NCBI RefSeq assembly: GCF_018977255.1
Contig: NW_024704742.1
Span: 39,372,001 to 39,436,000, forward strand
Source: Callorhinchus milii
Taxonomy: Eukaryota
Direction: 5' to 3'
DNA: 64,000 nt
Shown: piece by piece, positions 37,519-50,835 of the stretch
How the letters are laid out: the number at the start of each line of letters is the position of its first letter
How positions within the stretch are numbered: the first letter of the stretch is position 1
Notes under the pieces: model-generated
Database searches by the model: none
Told to the model about the DNA's origin: nothing
What the model saw: the letters and a program-made list of their open reading frames with translations, nothing else
Position numbers and translations under genes: made by a program

Positions 37519-38945
37519 TGTATTTGTAGCAGTCTTTTCACTTCACAATTGGAAACTGAATAGTTTTCTCAGGATAGGGAAGGAATTCTCCAAGTGTTAA
37601 ATATGCAAGTACAAGTTCTCATGGCTAGAGAAACCCTACATCACTAGAGTAGGGGTGTTTTTGCCCACTTTACAGTTGATTGTGCGTAGCACTTTGGGAC
37701 GTCTTGCTGATATGAAAGGCACTTTACCAAATATAAGGATTATTGTTATTATTATCAATGTGACCCATCGTGTCTAAGCTGGTGATGAATCTTATATAAA
37801 GACTCAAGGTTGACTGACACAACTTCATTACGTCAATGTTTTAACAGATTGTACCCTTTAGTTTCTAATTCAGGTCGTATATTACTCCAATCTGAACAAT
37901 AGTTCCTTGACACCATAATAATGATATATATGAGACGCCTAAAGTCAGTTATGTAGTTATTGCTAACACTAAGTATTCCATCAGCAGTTTAATATTTGCA
38001 GATATACTCCATTATTCTCCATTATTTCATAAATCATTGGCATGACAAGAGTAATTGTGCAATCAATGCATGCATGGGTATGACGAAAGTCTACAGATAA
38101 ACTCTTCTACTGACTTAATTGAAGATCACAGGAATTACTGAGCAGTGAAGGTATTCACAGATCCAGGCAAGGGTACCACGATGATGTGGAAGCGATCTTA
38201 TCAAATGTAGATTGTGTTTGCAGGATTCATTCATCATGTATCAGCACATTTTAAAACTCTAACTAAATAAAACAAATATATATCTGTGTGGTGCTTTTGC
38301 AGATGTCAAATCATTTACTGGATGTAAATCTGAATAACTGATCTTGGTCTGTATGGCTCAGAATACCACAGATCTGTCCCAGATAAAAACTATGAGTCGC
38401 TGTGATACAGACAGCATCAAAGTCGAGGGAAATTTGGCATCAACCTTATCCTTGGTTAGGGGAAATAAAGCCGATGTATTGGTTTGAGATAATATCTAAA
38501 GAGCCAGGGGGAGGGTACATAAAAGCTAATTAAACGTGATAGCAAAAGGTCAGGGTTTAATTTTAAAGCATCTCACTAGGGACTAAGGCTGAAATGAATC
38601 TGTTCCTCCATCATATAATGAGAACTATGATAACAGGTTTGAAGTGGTTTCATAAAATTGGTTCTGATAGAAATTAGATTTGCATGAAATACTTACAGTA
38701 GAAAATCTACCACCTTATTAATTAAGTGATAATTAACTTTTCTCATCATTATCTTAATCTTGGAAGTAAATGGCAAGTGGCCACTATGAAAATTAATATA
38801 CGTAAGCACATCTGAAGAGTGTAACCATTAAAATCATCTGAATTATTCCAGGCCTAATACAGTAGCTTTGCCTTTGACTTTGTCTCAAAAGCATTTCAAT
38901 TAAATAGGGACAGGAGGGAAACAGCCTAACTTAATTTGTATTTTG

Positions 38946-39060
38946 AGGCTTCCCTGATGGTTCACTGGGTAAATGTGCAGTGTGTGAAAGAGCCATACAG
39001 ACCAAGATGTTTCAGGTTCATTCATTGATCTTCGCTGAGTAAGCTCGTCTTAGCCCGGCA
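38946..39060 (+). mobile_element. LF-SINE-like 5' head
   Basis: ggcttccctgatggttcactgggtaaatg..gagccatacagacca..caggttca..gctgagtaagct..cttagcccggca resembles the LF-SINE head (from memory). Confidence 0.6.
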
Positions 39061-40494
39061 TCGCATTTCTTGATATCTTTCCAGCAACTCCTGGAAAAGT
39101 ACATATGTATACAATCGAAGTCTAAATTTTTTTTTATCTTAGTCTTCCGATTGTTGTCTCAATACTTAAGATCATGCAGAATTATGAAAAAAATCAATTA
39201 TAGTTTGGAGGCCATTTTTCAAAGCTCTGTAGAAAATTGGCTTCTAAATTGAGAGTGAATTTAAGAATTTTCCAAACTTTGCATAATCTTAAATATTAAG
39301 GCAAGAGTCTTAAGGTTAAGACCGTGAACAATTTAAAGCCTTGGCAGGGATATTATCAAACTCAGGTTTGACATACAGCGTCAAACAACTTGTCACTGTC
39401 GAAATATACATCTGAGAATTACTACTTGGATGAGGTGCTGGTGCTCTGCTAATATCTCTTCATAGCATGAGTCACTGACCACAAGCAGGTAATGATGAGA
39501 GGAAGATAATTGGAAAAAAAAGGACAACCTCAATTATTATAAATTAATTCTTACACTGATGTCTCATGAAAGGGTCCATCAAAGGGTCCTGATAATTTTA
39601 TAAAACATATGAGAGCAAGGTTGAAGTTAATGCACAAATTATTGATCGTTTTGAACCATTTCATATTCCCACCCAACTTATTTTATAAAACACATATACA
39701 AATCAGTGAATAATTGAATATTGAAACAATTGTGTGAGTTACTTGGTTAAATCTTCAGTTCCTCGTATTTGGGATTGTATCTTTTTGTGGTGTAGAAAGT
39801 TGCACAAAATGATTCAGCCCATTGGGTAAATCAACAAACTGTTGTCGAAAACCAGATTTCTATCCAACCAGCTAATTTGCTATTCATTTTGTGAGTTTTC
39901 ACCAACTACACATACATATCCTTATAAATATCTTCTAAATAATATTCACTGGATAACCTTGTTCAAAAGTTTAGTTGTTTCCTCAAAGAATTCCAGCAAC
40001 CTAGTCAGGCCTGACCTTTTACTTTTAACTCTGCTGACCATTCCTCGTTGCTTTGGTGCTCATCCGGAGAATAGGCTTGTGAAGTCATTAAGGCAGACAG
40101 TGCAAGAGGAGTGAATTAATATCAGTAGTGATAATCATTAAACTCAAAATGCTTCAGCAATTGTATAATTTCAATTCTAAGCATTAATCCCTCACACTGC
40201 TGGATCCAGGAGTATGCTTTCCCAATGATGCTATCAACACCTGCTGCTATCAAACATAAATATTCGACAGGGAGTGAAAAATAAATGATGTTCAAGTTAA
40301 TTAGAATTCTTTAGCTGTTTGATTTTTAAAAGACACAAAGGTACTTTCAGAAGTCCACTGAATGTGTGAAGTGAATATATCTTTGTGGAATTTTATCATT
40401 GAGTTGGTTTCATGAGTAGGACTCCAGTTACATCAGCAATTAAAGGAGGGTTCACTTTATTTTACTTTGTTGTGAATTTAAATCCAATCTTTGT

Positions 40495-40800
40495 GGAGTC
40501 CAATAACTCAGTGGATAGCGCACTCGCCTCGCAAGCGAGAGACCTAGGTTTGATTCCTGGCAGGGTGAAACCTTGGGCAAATTTCCTTACTTCACATGCC
40601 TGATAATAATCCCTCAAAAAAAATGAATAAATTGGTCACTTCAATCGACGACTGTTTGTGGGACATTGCTGTGCGCAATTGGCTGCCATGTTTCGCCCAC
40701 AATTATACAGTCAATTCACTTTACAGTATATTCTATGAAGTGCATTGAGACTTCTAGAAGATGTGAAAAGCGCTATATTAAATGCAAGGATTATTATTGT
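40495..40800 (+). mobile_element. Full-length tRNA-Ala SINE (short form)
   Basis: Head, ccttgggcaaatttccttac..tgcctgataataatccc, Deu-like core, tail. Confidence 0.92.
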
Positions 40801-40824
40801 TTTTACAATCTTCAGAATCTTTGG

Positions 40825-41370
40825 ATGTAAATTTGTATAGCAACTTTCAAGTAGGGAGGATGTCCCAAGGCGCTGGACAGACAGGGATTTTGACCCGAGC
40901 TGGGGATCGGGATCAAGGAGGATGGAGGGTAGGAAGGTTAAGAGGGTGGACGAAGGCTCGGTCGAAGAGGAGGGTTTTGAGATACGCCTTCAAGGAGGCA
41001 AGGAGGGCGCGAGACAAAGGGAATATGGGATGGAGTTCCACAGTGGGGGAAGTGAGGCTGAAGCCACAACCGCCGATGGTGGGGTGGGACGGGTGGGGGA
41101 CGTGGAGCAGGCCACAGCCTGCTGAGCAGAGGGAGTGGACAGGTTGATTTGGGGTCAGCAGGTTGGAGAGGTAGGGAGGGCCAAGGCCATGGAAGGCCTT
41201 GACGGTAAGGATGAGGATTTTTAACTCTATCTTCTGGTGGATGGGAAGCCAGTGGAGCTGTGCGAGGGTGGGGGTGATGGGGTCACAGAGCCTGGTGCAG
41301 GAGAGGACACAAGCTGCAGAGTTCTTGTGGAGGGAAGAGTTGGGAAGGCCGACAAGCAGAACGTTGTACA
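40825..41370 (-). mobile_element. L2 3' fragment
   Basis: ORF 40913-41371: LHWLPIHQKIELKILILTVKAFHGL..LKTLLFDRAF. Confidence 0.92.
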
Positions 41371-41429
41371 ATCCCTTCTAGTACGGTTCACATAAATGTG
41401 TTTGTGTGTTGGCTGAGTATAGACTATTT

Positions 41430-41618
41430 CACCTTCATGAGTCTCCCTCCCTTGCCTCCTTCAAGGCACATTTCAAGACCCTCCTCTTCAGCCACCCTTC
41501 TACCCCTCCCCGCCCTCCACTCCCCCTGATCCCAATGTCCAAATCCCTGAATGTCCAGGACTTGAGACATTCTCCTGATGTTAAAAGAGCTATACCAATG
41601 TAATTTGTTGTTGTTGTT
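41430..41618 (+). mobile_element. L2 3' end fragment
   Basis: SLASFKAHFKTLLF, degenerate stem-loop and (TTG)n tail. Confidence 0.8.
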
Positions 41619-42114
41619 ATATTTACATGTACCAACTGCTTAGCATTTTGTGGTTGTGTGGCTTCCTGGTAGATACGCAGCTATCTGTGCCACAACAACT
41701 TAATGCTCCTGCCATTAATTATTCTCCTGTTTCCTGAAGGTGCTAGCTTGTGCTGATGTACATGTTTGTTGGTGCAACATTGACACTTACTCAGGAGAAT
41801 ATAAGCCAGTCAGTGTGGCAATAAATTGTCTGCATTGCTGAAAAGATGAGGTAATTAGTTTTACCTTTACTACAGTGAGTACATGGTAGTGCCACAATTA
41901 TTTGAAGTAAGAGCATTCTTACCCTTTACTCTTCCAAGAAGGCCAAAATGCTGAGAAAGTACTGAAGTGAGCCAGGCATTAGTTAACGGAAACTCACCCA
42001 GGTGATAATTCCCTATATATGATGATGACATATAAAAAAATGCAGTGATTGCTGACACTCTGTTCAATCAGGTAAGATATGATCATCAGACCTAAGCCTA
42101 GTGCAAACAGTACT

Positions 42115-42480
42115 TAATAATAATCCTTGCATTTGGTATAGAGCCTTTCATGTTAGGCGAATGTCTCTAAAGCACTTCAAAGGATTTTACTGTAAAGTGT
42201 AGAGATTGTATATGCAGGCAAACCAGGCAACGTTTGCACACAGCAGTGTCCCACAACTGCCATAAAATGAATGACCAATTTTATTTGAAGGATTGATAGT
42301 TAGAACACCAGGAGAAACTACCTTCTCTTTTCAAATAATGTGATAGAAACCTTAACATTCACCTCAACAGGTTTAACACCTCATCTGAAGGTCAGCATCT
42401 CCAACATTGCAGCTGAGCAGAGCACTACATTGGAGTTTCGCCGGGACTGTGAGCTTGAAGTTGTGACGTGGGGTCTTAAG
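42115..42480 (-). mobile_element. Old Deu-type SINE
   Basis: Tail, Deu-like core and agaacaccaggagaaact..tcatctgaagg. Confidence 0.7.
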
Positions 42481-42702
42481 TCTTTTATTAATTGAAAACA
42501 TTAGCATCTGAGAGATTATAGCTATTTTCCCATCATAAGGAAGAGATTGCAATAATGTAAACCAATTTTCTGTTGCCTGACCAGATGGTCTGAGTTTGTT
42601 TTTATATCTAAGGGTTTGGTATTTGTACAATATCAATGCACGCCACATTGCCTTGAAAGGAGCTACTTTTGATGCAGTTGAAAGTGATTGTTTATGTTTA
42701 TG

Positions 42703-42817
42703 TTTCGCCCATAAAATATACAGTCAATTCACTTTACAGTATATTCTGTGAAGCGCTTGGAGACATCTCAAAGTCGTGATAAGGAGCTATATCAAGTGCA
42801 AGGATTATTATTATTAA
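42703..42817 (+). mobile_element. SINE 3' fragment
   Basis: tttcgcccataaaatatacagtcaattcactttacag followed by tail and (TTA)n. Confidence 0.85.
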
Positions 42818-45049
42818 TATTGTCTCCCTTAACCATAGGCAGCTTCGGAGAAGCTGAAGCCAGACACCACATAAAATGGTGAGAGCATCGTAAAAGTAAG
42901 GGCTAACATTAACACCAATTTAGTTTAATAGTTCTTTTTAATGTACTGGCAGTGTGCACAGAATTGGAACCCCATCAGTTGGTGACTAATTGGCTTCTGT
43001 TATGGTACAAGTACTTAATGTCTGTTAATTAACGTCTAGCTGACCTTGAATTGAAGCAATCTCTTGGTATTGTGGCCTTCTTGGATGAGTAACAGGTAAT
43101 AATGTTCTGCTGTTTCAGACAAATACGGCATTGCCGTGTGATCACAGTTGTTAAGTGCATAAATTGTTTGCATGTGTATTTCTGAGGGTTTTTGGCAATG
43201 CAGACAATTTAGTGCCCCACTGGCTGGCTTTTATGTTCTGCCGAGCAGCTATCAGTACTGCAGCCTGCACCTCTGGAATACCAAATATTCATCACTGATA
43301 GCATAGTTAATGCCATGTGACATGATATAGTGACCAAAATTGTAATCGATTTGAAACACAGCCAAAGAAACTCATGCTCTTGTATGTCAAGTTTTGTTAC
43401 TGTAAGGATGGTGAAGGACTATTGTTCATCCTGTAAATACTTTTCAAGACCTTTACTTTTGATTAAAGGTGCTGTATAAATAGAAATACTACTTCCGACT
43501 TGTTGCAACAAAAGGATACAGTTGTACATGATTGTTTTTTTTGGCAGGGTTTGCCCAATGGCTCTTTCTATTTCAAATGTATTTTGTGGTGATGTATCGA
43601 AGTAATTATCAAGTATATGTACATTAGCATAGTTGTACACTATGCAAAGTGGCTGAATAACAGAGTGCCCATAAGTACAGAACACAGCCTCAATATAAGT
43701 GCTTGTTGTTGTCGCAATACATGTGCATGCGACTACCAGGATGGAGGAAGTTTAACTAGATAGACTATGGCCTTCTTTCGCCGAGCAAATTCTTATGTTC
43801 TTATTTTCATTAATCACAATATCATACATTATTTAATACATTTGCACTTTATTAAGACGCATATTAAATTAAACAAAATTTCCATTTTAATTGTAATGCA
43901 ACTTATCAATTATTAAGAAGAGACACTTGCTATGGTAAGAGAATATCAGTGAATCACTGTATAACATGCGCATGGAATCAGGATTATTTTGAATGAGCAT
44001 TGGAGAAATGTAAGCTGTGAAAAACAATTTGTTCTGAACAATTGAAAATAAATTGTAAGCTAGTACTTTATAGTGGTCATTATCAATGATGTTTAAAATA
44101 TCAGTCCTGTGAGTAGAGTATATATGCCTGAAAATACATTTATCAGTTTTTGTTGAAAAGAAGGCACCATACTATCAAGTACTAGAATACATTGCAACAG
44201 ACTTTCAAGGGCTATGAGTTTTTTCCTGAACATTGAAGGTGAAAGCAAAATTCGCTGCTTCATATCTGTCCAATGTGTGATAGGAAGCAGAAGGATTCAT
44301 TGCAAGGTTGCGGCGAACAACATTTGCTGTTGATTTCTTCTTATCTCAGTAGATAAAGTGTGAAAATAGTTGAGAAAGACAGGAAATTGTTATTTAGTAA
44401 GAGGAGTCTGCCTTTTTGTCAGCATGGTTTAATTTAATACTTTTGCAACAAAACTAGATTTTTGGGGGTTTCAGTGAAAATTTTCTTTATCATTGAAAGT
44501 CAGGACATTAAATGGAAATTAGATAAATATTTAAAAATAAAATAATAAAAGGGCTTGGGGAAAGGGCAAGGAAATTGGGGCTGAATACTCCAGACATGAA
44601 AGGTGCTGTACACATGTAATTTGTTGTTGTTGGTGAATGCGTGGCTCTTTCGGAGAGACAGCTCATGTACCAAATAGCCTTGTTTGGTGCTCTAAGATTA
44701 GATGATTCTAACTCCCCATTTTAGTGAGTAATTTTACTAGGAAAGATGCACTTAAGTCTATTCGATTGATCGTCAGATTGGTGACAAGCGTGCAACTGAG
44801 TTCTTGCTAGAGAGATGCTACATATCGTATAATAGATGTTTCAAACTGTGCATCACAGACATCCCATACAAAATGACTGCAGTCACAAGCAGGACAAGCT
44901 ACGTGCCACTTCATCTGAAATTCACAACGATTTACAAAGATTTATAATATGCAGGTAGTGCGGAAGTCCTACCCTGCCACTGTTACATTTATAGCATTTT
45001 TCACACAAGATACCAGATAGTACAAAAGCTGTTGTTGTTGTTGTTGTCC

Positions 45050-45260
45050 CCTCTGAGTTGTCTTCTCTCAAAACAGAAGAGCCCCAGCTCATCTAATCAT
45101 TGCACACAGCTCATTCATTTCACTCTGGGGATCATTCTCATTGTTCTCTGCACTGGCACAAGGACCTGATCAGTCCTTTATGTCATGATGAACAGAACGG
45201 TTTGCAGTACTCAAGGTGCAGCCTGACCAGAGCACTTTGCAGCCTGAGTGTGACATATAG
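45050..45260 (-). mobile_element. Old CR1 fragment
   Basis: cttctctcaaaacagaagagccccagc..cagtactcaaggtgcagcctgaccagagc (reverse of VRLHLEYC-like). Confidence 0.7.
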
Positions 45261-45764
45261 GCTCTTCACTCAACTTGTTAAAACCTTCCCCTTTTCACTT
45301 CAGCTGTAATGTGAAATATTTTCTGTAAACTATATATATTATTAAACATGGTACTAATAAATGTGACATGCATATTTTGAACTAGTTATTTTTACTGAAC
45401 ACAATACAATTGTGTATTTCATAATTTATTGTAAAAGAAGTAATTATATTTAGTTGATTTGGTACATTAATGTACGCTTATTCCATTGTAATGTGCAAAG
45501 CTGCAATCAAGTAACCTGCTACATACACATTTGAAAATCTTGCTGCTCCTCATGTTTCTATGAATAATTATTAATTTAATTCTTGAAAACTGACCATAAT
45601 GATAGTCATGTGAAGTATTGTGAACACGATAGGGTAACTTTCAATGAATGTCTATGAGAACATTTTAAACATAGCTTGTCCTAAAGGAGTGCATTAATGA
45701 TTATCACAAATGTTATGCCTGATTCCAAATATCGCTGGGTAGAATATGAGCACTGAACAAGAGA

Positions 45765-46325
45765 AAAGAAAATATGTGTAAGACTCAGAAGAATGTTTAA
45801 AAGTGCTTTACCGAGACAGATTAGCAGACCACACAGAGTGAGAGGTAGGGACAAGAAGGAAGAGGTAGGCATAGGTTTAGCCAAGGGGATAAGCTTTTAG
45901 ACAGGTTTTGAAAACAGAAAGGGAGGGAGTGAGGTGAAGGAATTTAGGGAGAGAATTCTGGGGAGCAGAGACATAGTGGCAGAGAGCTTGCCAATGGATG
46001 GTAGGAAGGAAGGGACAGGAGGCTATGAAGCAGGCCTGAGCTCGCAGAGCGAAGGGAGTGCATGGGGCGTAGGCCTGCAGGAGATTGCAGAGTAGGGCAG
46101 AGTGGCGGTATCTGAAAGTAGGAATATCTAAAGCTTGCTCCTTTGGGGAAGAGAAAATCAGTGAAACCTAATGAAGGTGAGAGTTGTGGGCTCATAGAGC
46201 TTTGTGTGAAGAGAATGTGGGCTGTGTTTTGGAGAAGTTAAGTCTAGAGATGATGGAGGTGTTGATAATGGTTTCTCCTGCATTTGTGGTGAGGTGGAGT
46301 CGGAAGCAAGTAATTTTGTAGAGAT
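45765..46325 (-). mobile_element. Very old L2 fragment
   Basis: Purine-rich; SLRSASSGLL-like translation on the minus strand. Confidence 0.6.
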
Positions 46326-46639
46326 GCAGTTGTTCTGTTCATTATTATAGTCTCCATCTGTTCTTTACTAAGAATCCCAATAGAATTCCTATCAACTTGG
46401 GAAAACTATTCTCCAGAAGACCAGATAGAAAGCAGACCAGATACAAAATTTCAAAATATTATGAATGATCCACTGGAGTAAAGGCCAGTGCCACTTTAAT
46501 TTAATCTATAGGTGAACTTTGATGTAATTAAGTCCTTTATTGCAGGGTGGGAGCTAGGGATAGGATTCAATTGCACTTATAACAAATGCTTCTCCTTGTC
46601 ATGGCTGAAGCAATACTTTCGTCACCACAGATTCAAACT

Positions 46640-46935
46640 GTGAAGCAATTGACCCCTGATAAGTGAATAACCAATTTTATTTTGAAGGTTGATTGACGGG
46701 ATATTGGGAGGAACTTCACTCTCTTTTTGAATAGTGCCATGGAGTTTTTAAAGTTACCTGAACAGGCAGATGGGGCTACAGTGTATGAAGAGCGGCACCT
46801 CCACCATGTAACGCTCCACCTGCACTGCAGTGGGGTGTCAGCCTAGACTGTGAGCTCACAGTCCCTGCCAGAGGCTTAGAACCAGCAAACCTTCTGACTC
46901 AGAAGAAAGTGTGAAACCAACTGAGCCAGACTGAT
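46640..46935 (-). mobile_element. Old SacSINE1-like SINE
   Basis: gaatagtgccatgg..cctgaacaggcagatgggg..gtcagcctagac..cttctgactcag..ccaactgagccag. Confidence 0.78.
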
Positions 46936-48038
46936 AACACAATACAAATTTACAATTACATAGTGCCTTTCACATTGGGAAGATAATGGATAAACCTGCA
47001 CTTATTTTAGGGGAAATATTTTCTCTGGTTTGTGCCTTTACATACATAATTTACAGATTCTCCCACTGCATGTTTCCCAAGGTCGACACATCTGCAGTGA
47101 GGCAGTTCATTTGTGCCAAAGATGCACTATTTTCACCACTTATGTTTCTTATGTCAGAGTGGTATAATGTCTGCAGTCAGAGTTACATCCACTGCTGAAA
47201 AAATGTGGTCTATCAAGAATCGATGTCTTTCTTTGTTACATGTTTTATCCGGGTTATCCAATTATAAGCTCACAGCGAAATGGTCACTAGTATTACTAGC
47301 TACGCCATCAGCCACTAATCTCTTAATCTTTGGAATTCCCTGGCTCTATCCTCCCACCTTGCATTTCTTTATCTATCTTTAAATCCCACCTGAAACCCAC
47401 CTTTTTGACTGTGCATATGGTCTTGTCTCCCTCTCCCTTTCTTCCTCGATGATGGTGTAACCCCACTACTGTCCAGTGCTCTGAGATGGTATCCTTTGTG
47501 AAGGATTCTGAATGCAAACAAATTATTGTTCTTGTTATTGAAATACTCCAATGCCTGTTATCGCAAACAAAAAGCATGGCAGCCATAGCCTGGCACTCAG
47601 CTCAAGCACTTCTGCTTGCATGTGAAGCTGAAGTAATTTTCAGATGACCTACTATGGAACTTGGGCTTGTTTATGTGGAGTAATAAGAAAAAAATGGGCC
47701 TTAAATTTGCTGTTACTCACCTACAGTTGACACAGTTGAGAAAGAGAACTCAATACTGTATCTCCTCCCTACATATCACTGAAACCCAGCATTCAATTTT
47801 TCCACTTTGGTAGGTGCTTAGTGACAAATGGAAGCTGAATCATCTGAATTTTTTTATTGATTTTGCTCCAATCCAGTTTCGTTAAGGAGACATAGGTCAC
47901 AATTTCCAATTGAACGACTTCAATGGAAATAACCCTACAGCAGTAATTTACATCAGTTAGTATTTGTGACTAGCAAAATGCAGGTCGAATGAAAAGGCAA
48001 ATCATGAGGACAAGCAGAAGTTTCTAGCTGGAAGTTAT

Positions 48039-48214
48039 TACAACAACAACAACAACAAGAGTCCATTTATAGAGCACCTTTCATGTCGGGAGAACGTCCC
48101 AAGGCGTTGTACAATTGGGTCAGGACCCGTGCAGGGGGGAAATGGTCAGGGTGAGGGGAGGGAAAGGAGGGAGCGAGGAAGGGGTAGAGAGTCGAGAGGA
48201 GAGCTAAAGGCACG
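48039..48214 (-). mobile_element. Short 3' fragment of the young L2 family (one 46-bp unit)
   Basis: (CAA)n, stem-loop and ggggaaatggtcagggtgaggggaggg..gagtcgagagg. Confidence 0.9.
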
Positions 48215-50332
48215 GAAGAATATTGCTATTCTGAGTATGGATCTGTGGGCAAATAATATGTTCTGTGAACTGGAATGTGGCTTAAACAAAGGAGGTCCTA
48301 AGGCTAAAAAACAGGGTATTTATTGTCTTCAAAAGGCAGAACATAAACTGAACTTTATGTCTTGAATTTCCAAGTTATTTGTTTTGTTTTCTTATAAATT
48401 TAGGTCCTGATGCAAGTGAGATGCTTGAGAAAGAAAATAATATTGCAAATATTTGCTTGACTGGAATATGAGATGAGTATCTAGGAAGAAAAAAATTGTA
48501 TTCCTTTATCAGTGGGACACCAAGAGCCTGATCTTCCTTGTTTTGATAATTTGAAGATTTAGTTGAGTGAACAGCTTGATGGGCTGACTGGTTTGAGCAA
48601 TAGTCAACAACTCCTGATACTTGCAGGGGATTTGTCTATTGTTGAGATAACAGCACAGACGTGAAGAGCTGTCTGCTAGCCCTAACGGAACATTGCACTA
48701 GGACACACTTTCAAAATCCTGACTGCGACTGATATGAAAATCAGACCGTAGTAAATTGCGAATGGTCTGGCCACTGAAGTGAACCTCAAAACCATTACGG
48801 CAACCTTTCCTAACTTCACAAAACACACCACTTATGAGGTCAAATGGAGAGTAACTGACTGCAGCCAAATCAATGCAATGTGCCTGGTTGATGGAACACA
48901 GCCTGGAGCTAAGAATAGCGGAACATTTTAGGGGATTAAGGGAGGATGTATAAATTGGAATGTTTAGAATATTCACAGCCCAGAACAAGAATTTTTGGCT
49001 CCTCGTGTGTGCTTCCCTGGAGCTGTCTGTTGTCATCCCATTCCCCTGCTCTATCCCCAGAAACTCTGCCTGCAAAATACACAGTTGCTACACTTTACAA
49101 TCAATCTTATGATGCGATTTGAGATATCTTGACCACGTGATAATGCCCTCTATCACATTCAAGGTTTGTTATTGCAACATTACTTTTACTTGAAGATTAT
49201 TCATTTTAAATAATGAGATTAGTCCTTGCATTTGATATAGCGCCTTATCACATCATTGAGTGTTTCAAAGTGCTTCACAGAATGCATTTTAAAGTGGATT
49301 GGCTGTGTATTTTGTGGGTGAAACGCTGTTGTAAGATTTAGTTTCAACAACCATTTGTGATAAATTATTCCATAGTCCAACAATCCTATGTATTAAACAA
49401 TTATTTTAGTTTTCTTCCTTTCTCTAGGATGCTACTCTGCGTGAGGGGCACTAAATAAATGCAAGTTGTTGTTGTTTCATTTAATGTTAATCTTCATTTT
49501 ATGCCATTTTATTTCTGACTCAATATTTGGTGGAACTAATGTTTCATCAGTTACTCTGTTATACACCCTGTCAGCCTCCTAGTGAAAATAGTCTCAACTT
49601 TCACATCTCTCCATATAACTATAACCTCTCATCCCCAGTATTGTTATTATTAAAAGAAAATAAGATGTAAACATACAATATAAATGCAAGAAAATGAAAT
49701 CTGTATTATGTTATCTTCCGATGAATAGAATAGCACTAGTCGCTGCATTACTTTCAATTACAGACTACCCTTTCACTCTGTGAATGACTTTTCCAGCTGC
49801 AAATCAAAGCTCCTCCAGGCTAGAATTGGCACTGACCTACTTCTGAAATTGAACAAAACAGCGACAGCAGTAATCTTTTCCCCTCCTCATTTCTGCTTTG
49901 CTTCAGCAGACTTTTTTTTTAACAAGGCGGGTCTGCAGAGAAAGGTCCAGATCACAATACCCCTCTGAAAGGAATATGGCACTCACTGCCAAAAAACATT
50001 GCTGAGGCAGAGTTCATCATTCTTGTTTGAAAAAAAGGAATCATACAGATGCTTGAACACAAAGAATATTAAAGTGTGTGGTGAGTAAGCTTGAGAGAAG
50101 GATGGAACTAGGTAGTTTTTATGGAGGAAAACAATTACTTGTGCATGGGCCAAATGGCATGTTTATGTGCTGCAGCATTTTAGAATTCTATATAGCTGTT
50201 TATTTTATTTTTTCTGTACCCCTTTTACAAAAACAGTAGCTCTATTATAAACCTGCTGTGTACTTACCTCACAAAGCCAAACAATAGGTAGTTTGAAAAT
50301 GCATAATTTTGCATCATTGAAAATGCATCATT

Positions 50333-50473
50333 ACACTGCTGTATGCAATTGGCTGCCACATTTTGCCCACAAAATATACAGTCAATACACTTTACAGTAT
50401 CTTCTGTGAAGCACTTTGAGATGTTTTGAAGCCGTGATAAGGCACTATATCAAATGCAAGGATTTTTATTATC
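50333..50473 (+). mobile_element. SINE 3' fragment
   Basis: Deu-like core and tail. Confidence 0.8.
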
Positions 50474-50835
50474 ATAGAAATAGAACAACCAAAAATGTGT
50501 AGGATAGAAGAAGGCCATTTGTCTCATAGTACCTGTTCAAATCCATTTGCCTGCTCTTTCAACTCTTCAGGTCATCCTCCTCTGAAAAGTGCTATATAAA
50601 TGCAACATTCCCCATTACCCCTATAGTTCATTCCTTTTTAGGAATTTACCTAGTTCCTTTTTGAAAAGTAATATAGATTCTGCCTCAACCATTGGTCCTA
50701 GCAAGGTTATCCATATCCTAACCACTCTGCAAGAACCAAAATTGTCCTAATCTCCCTGTTTGCTTGTTTACAAACTATCTTAAATAATAATAATATCTTA
50801 ACTAAATGCTCTCTAGTCATTGACTCACCAATGAA
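50474..50835 (-). mobile_element. Old CR1 3' fragment with an embedded L2 tail remnant
   Basis: catagaa..gaaggccatt..gattctgcctcaacca..ccatatcctaaccactctg. Confidence 0.6.
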
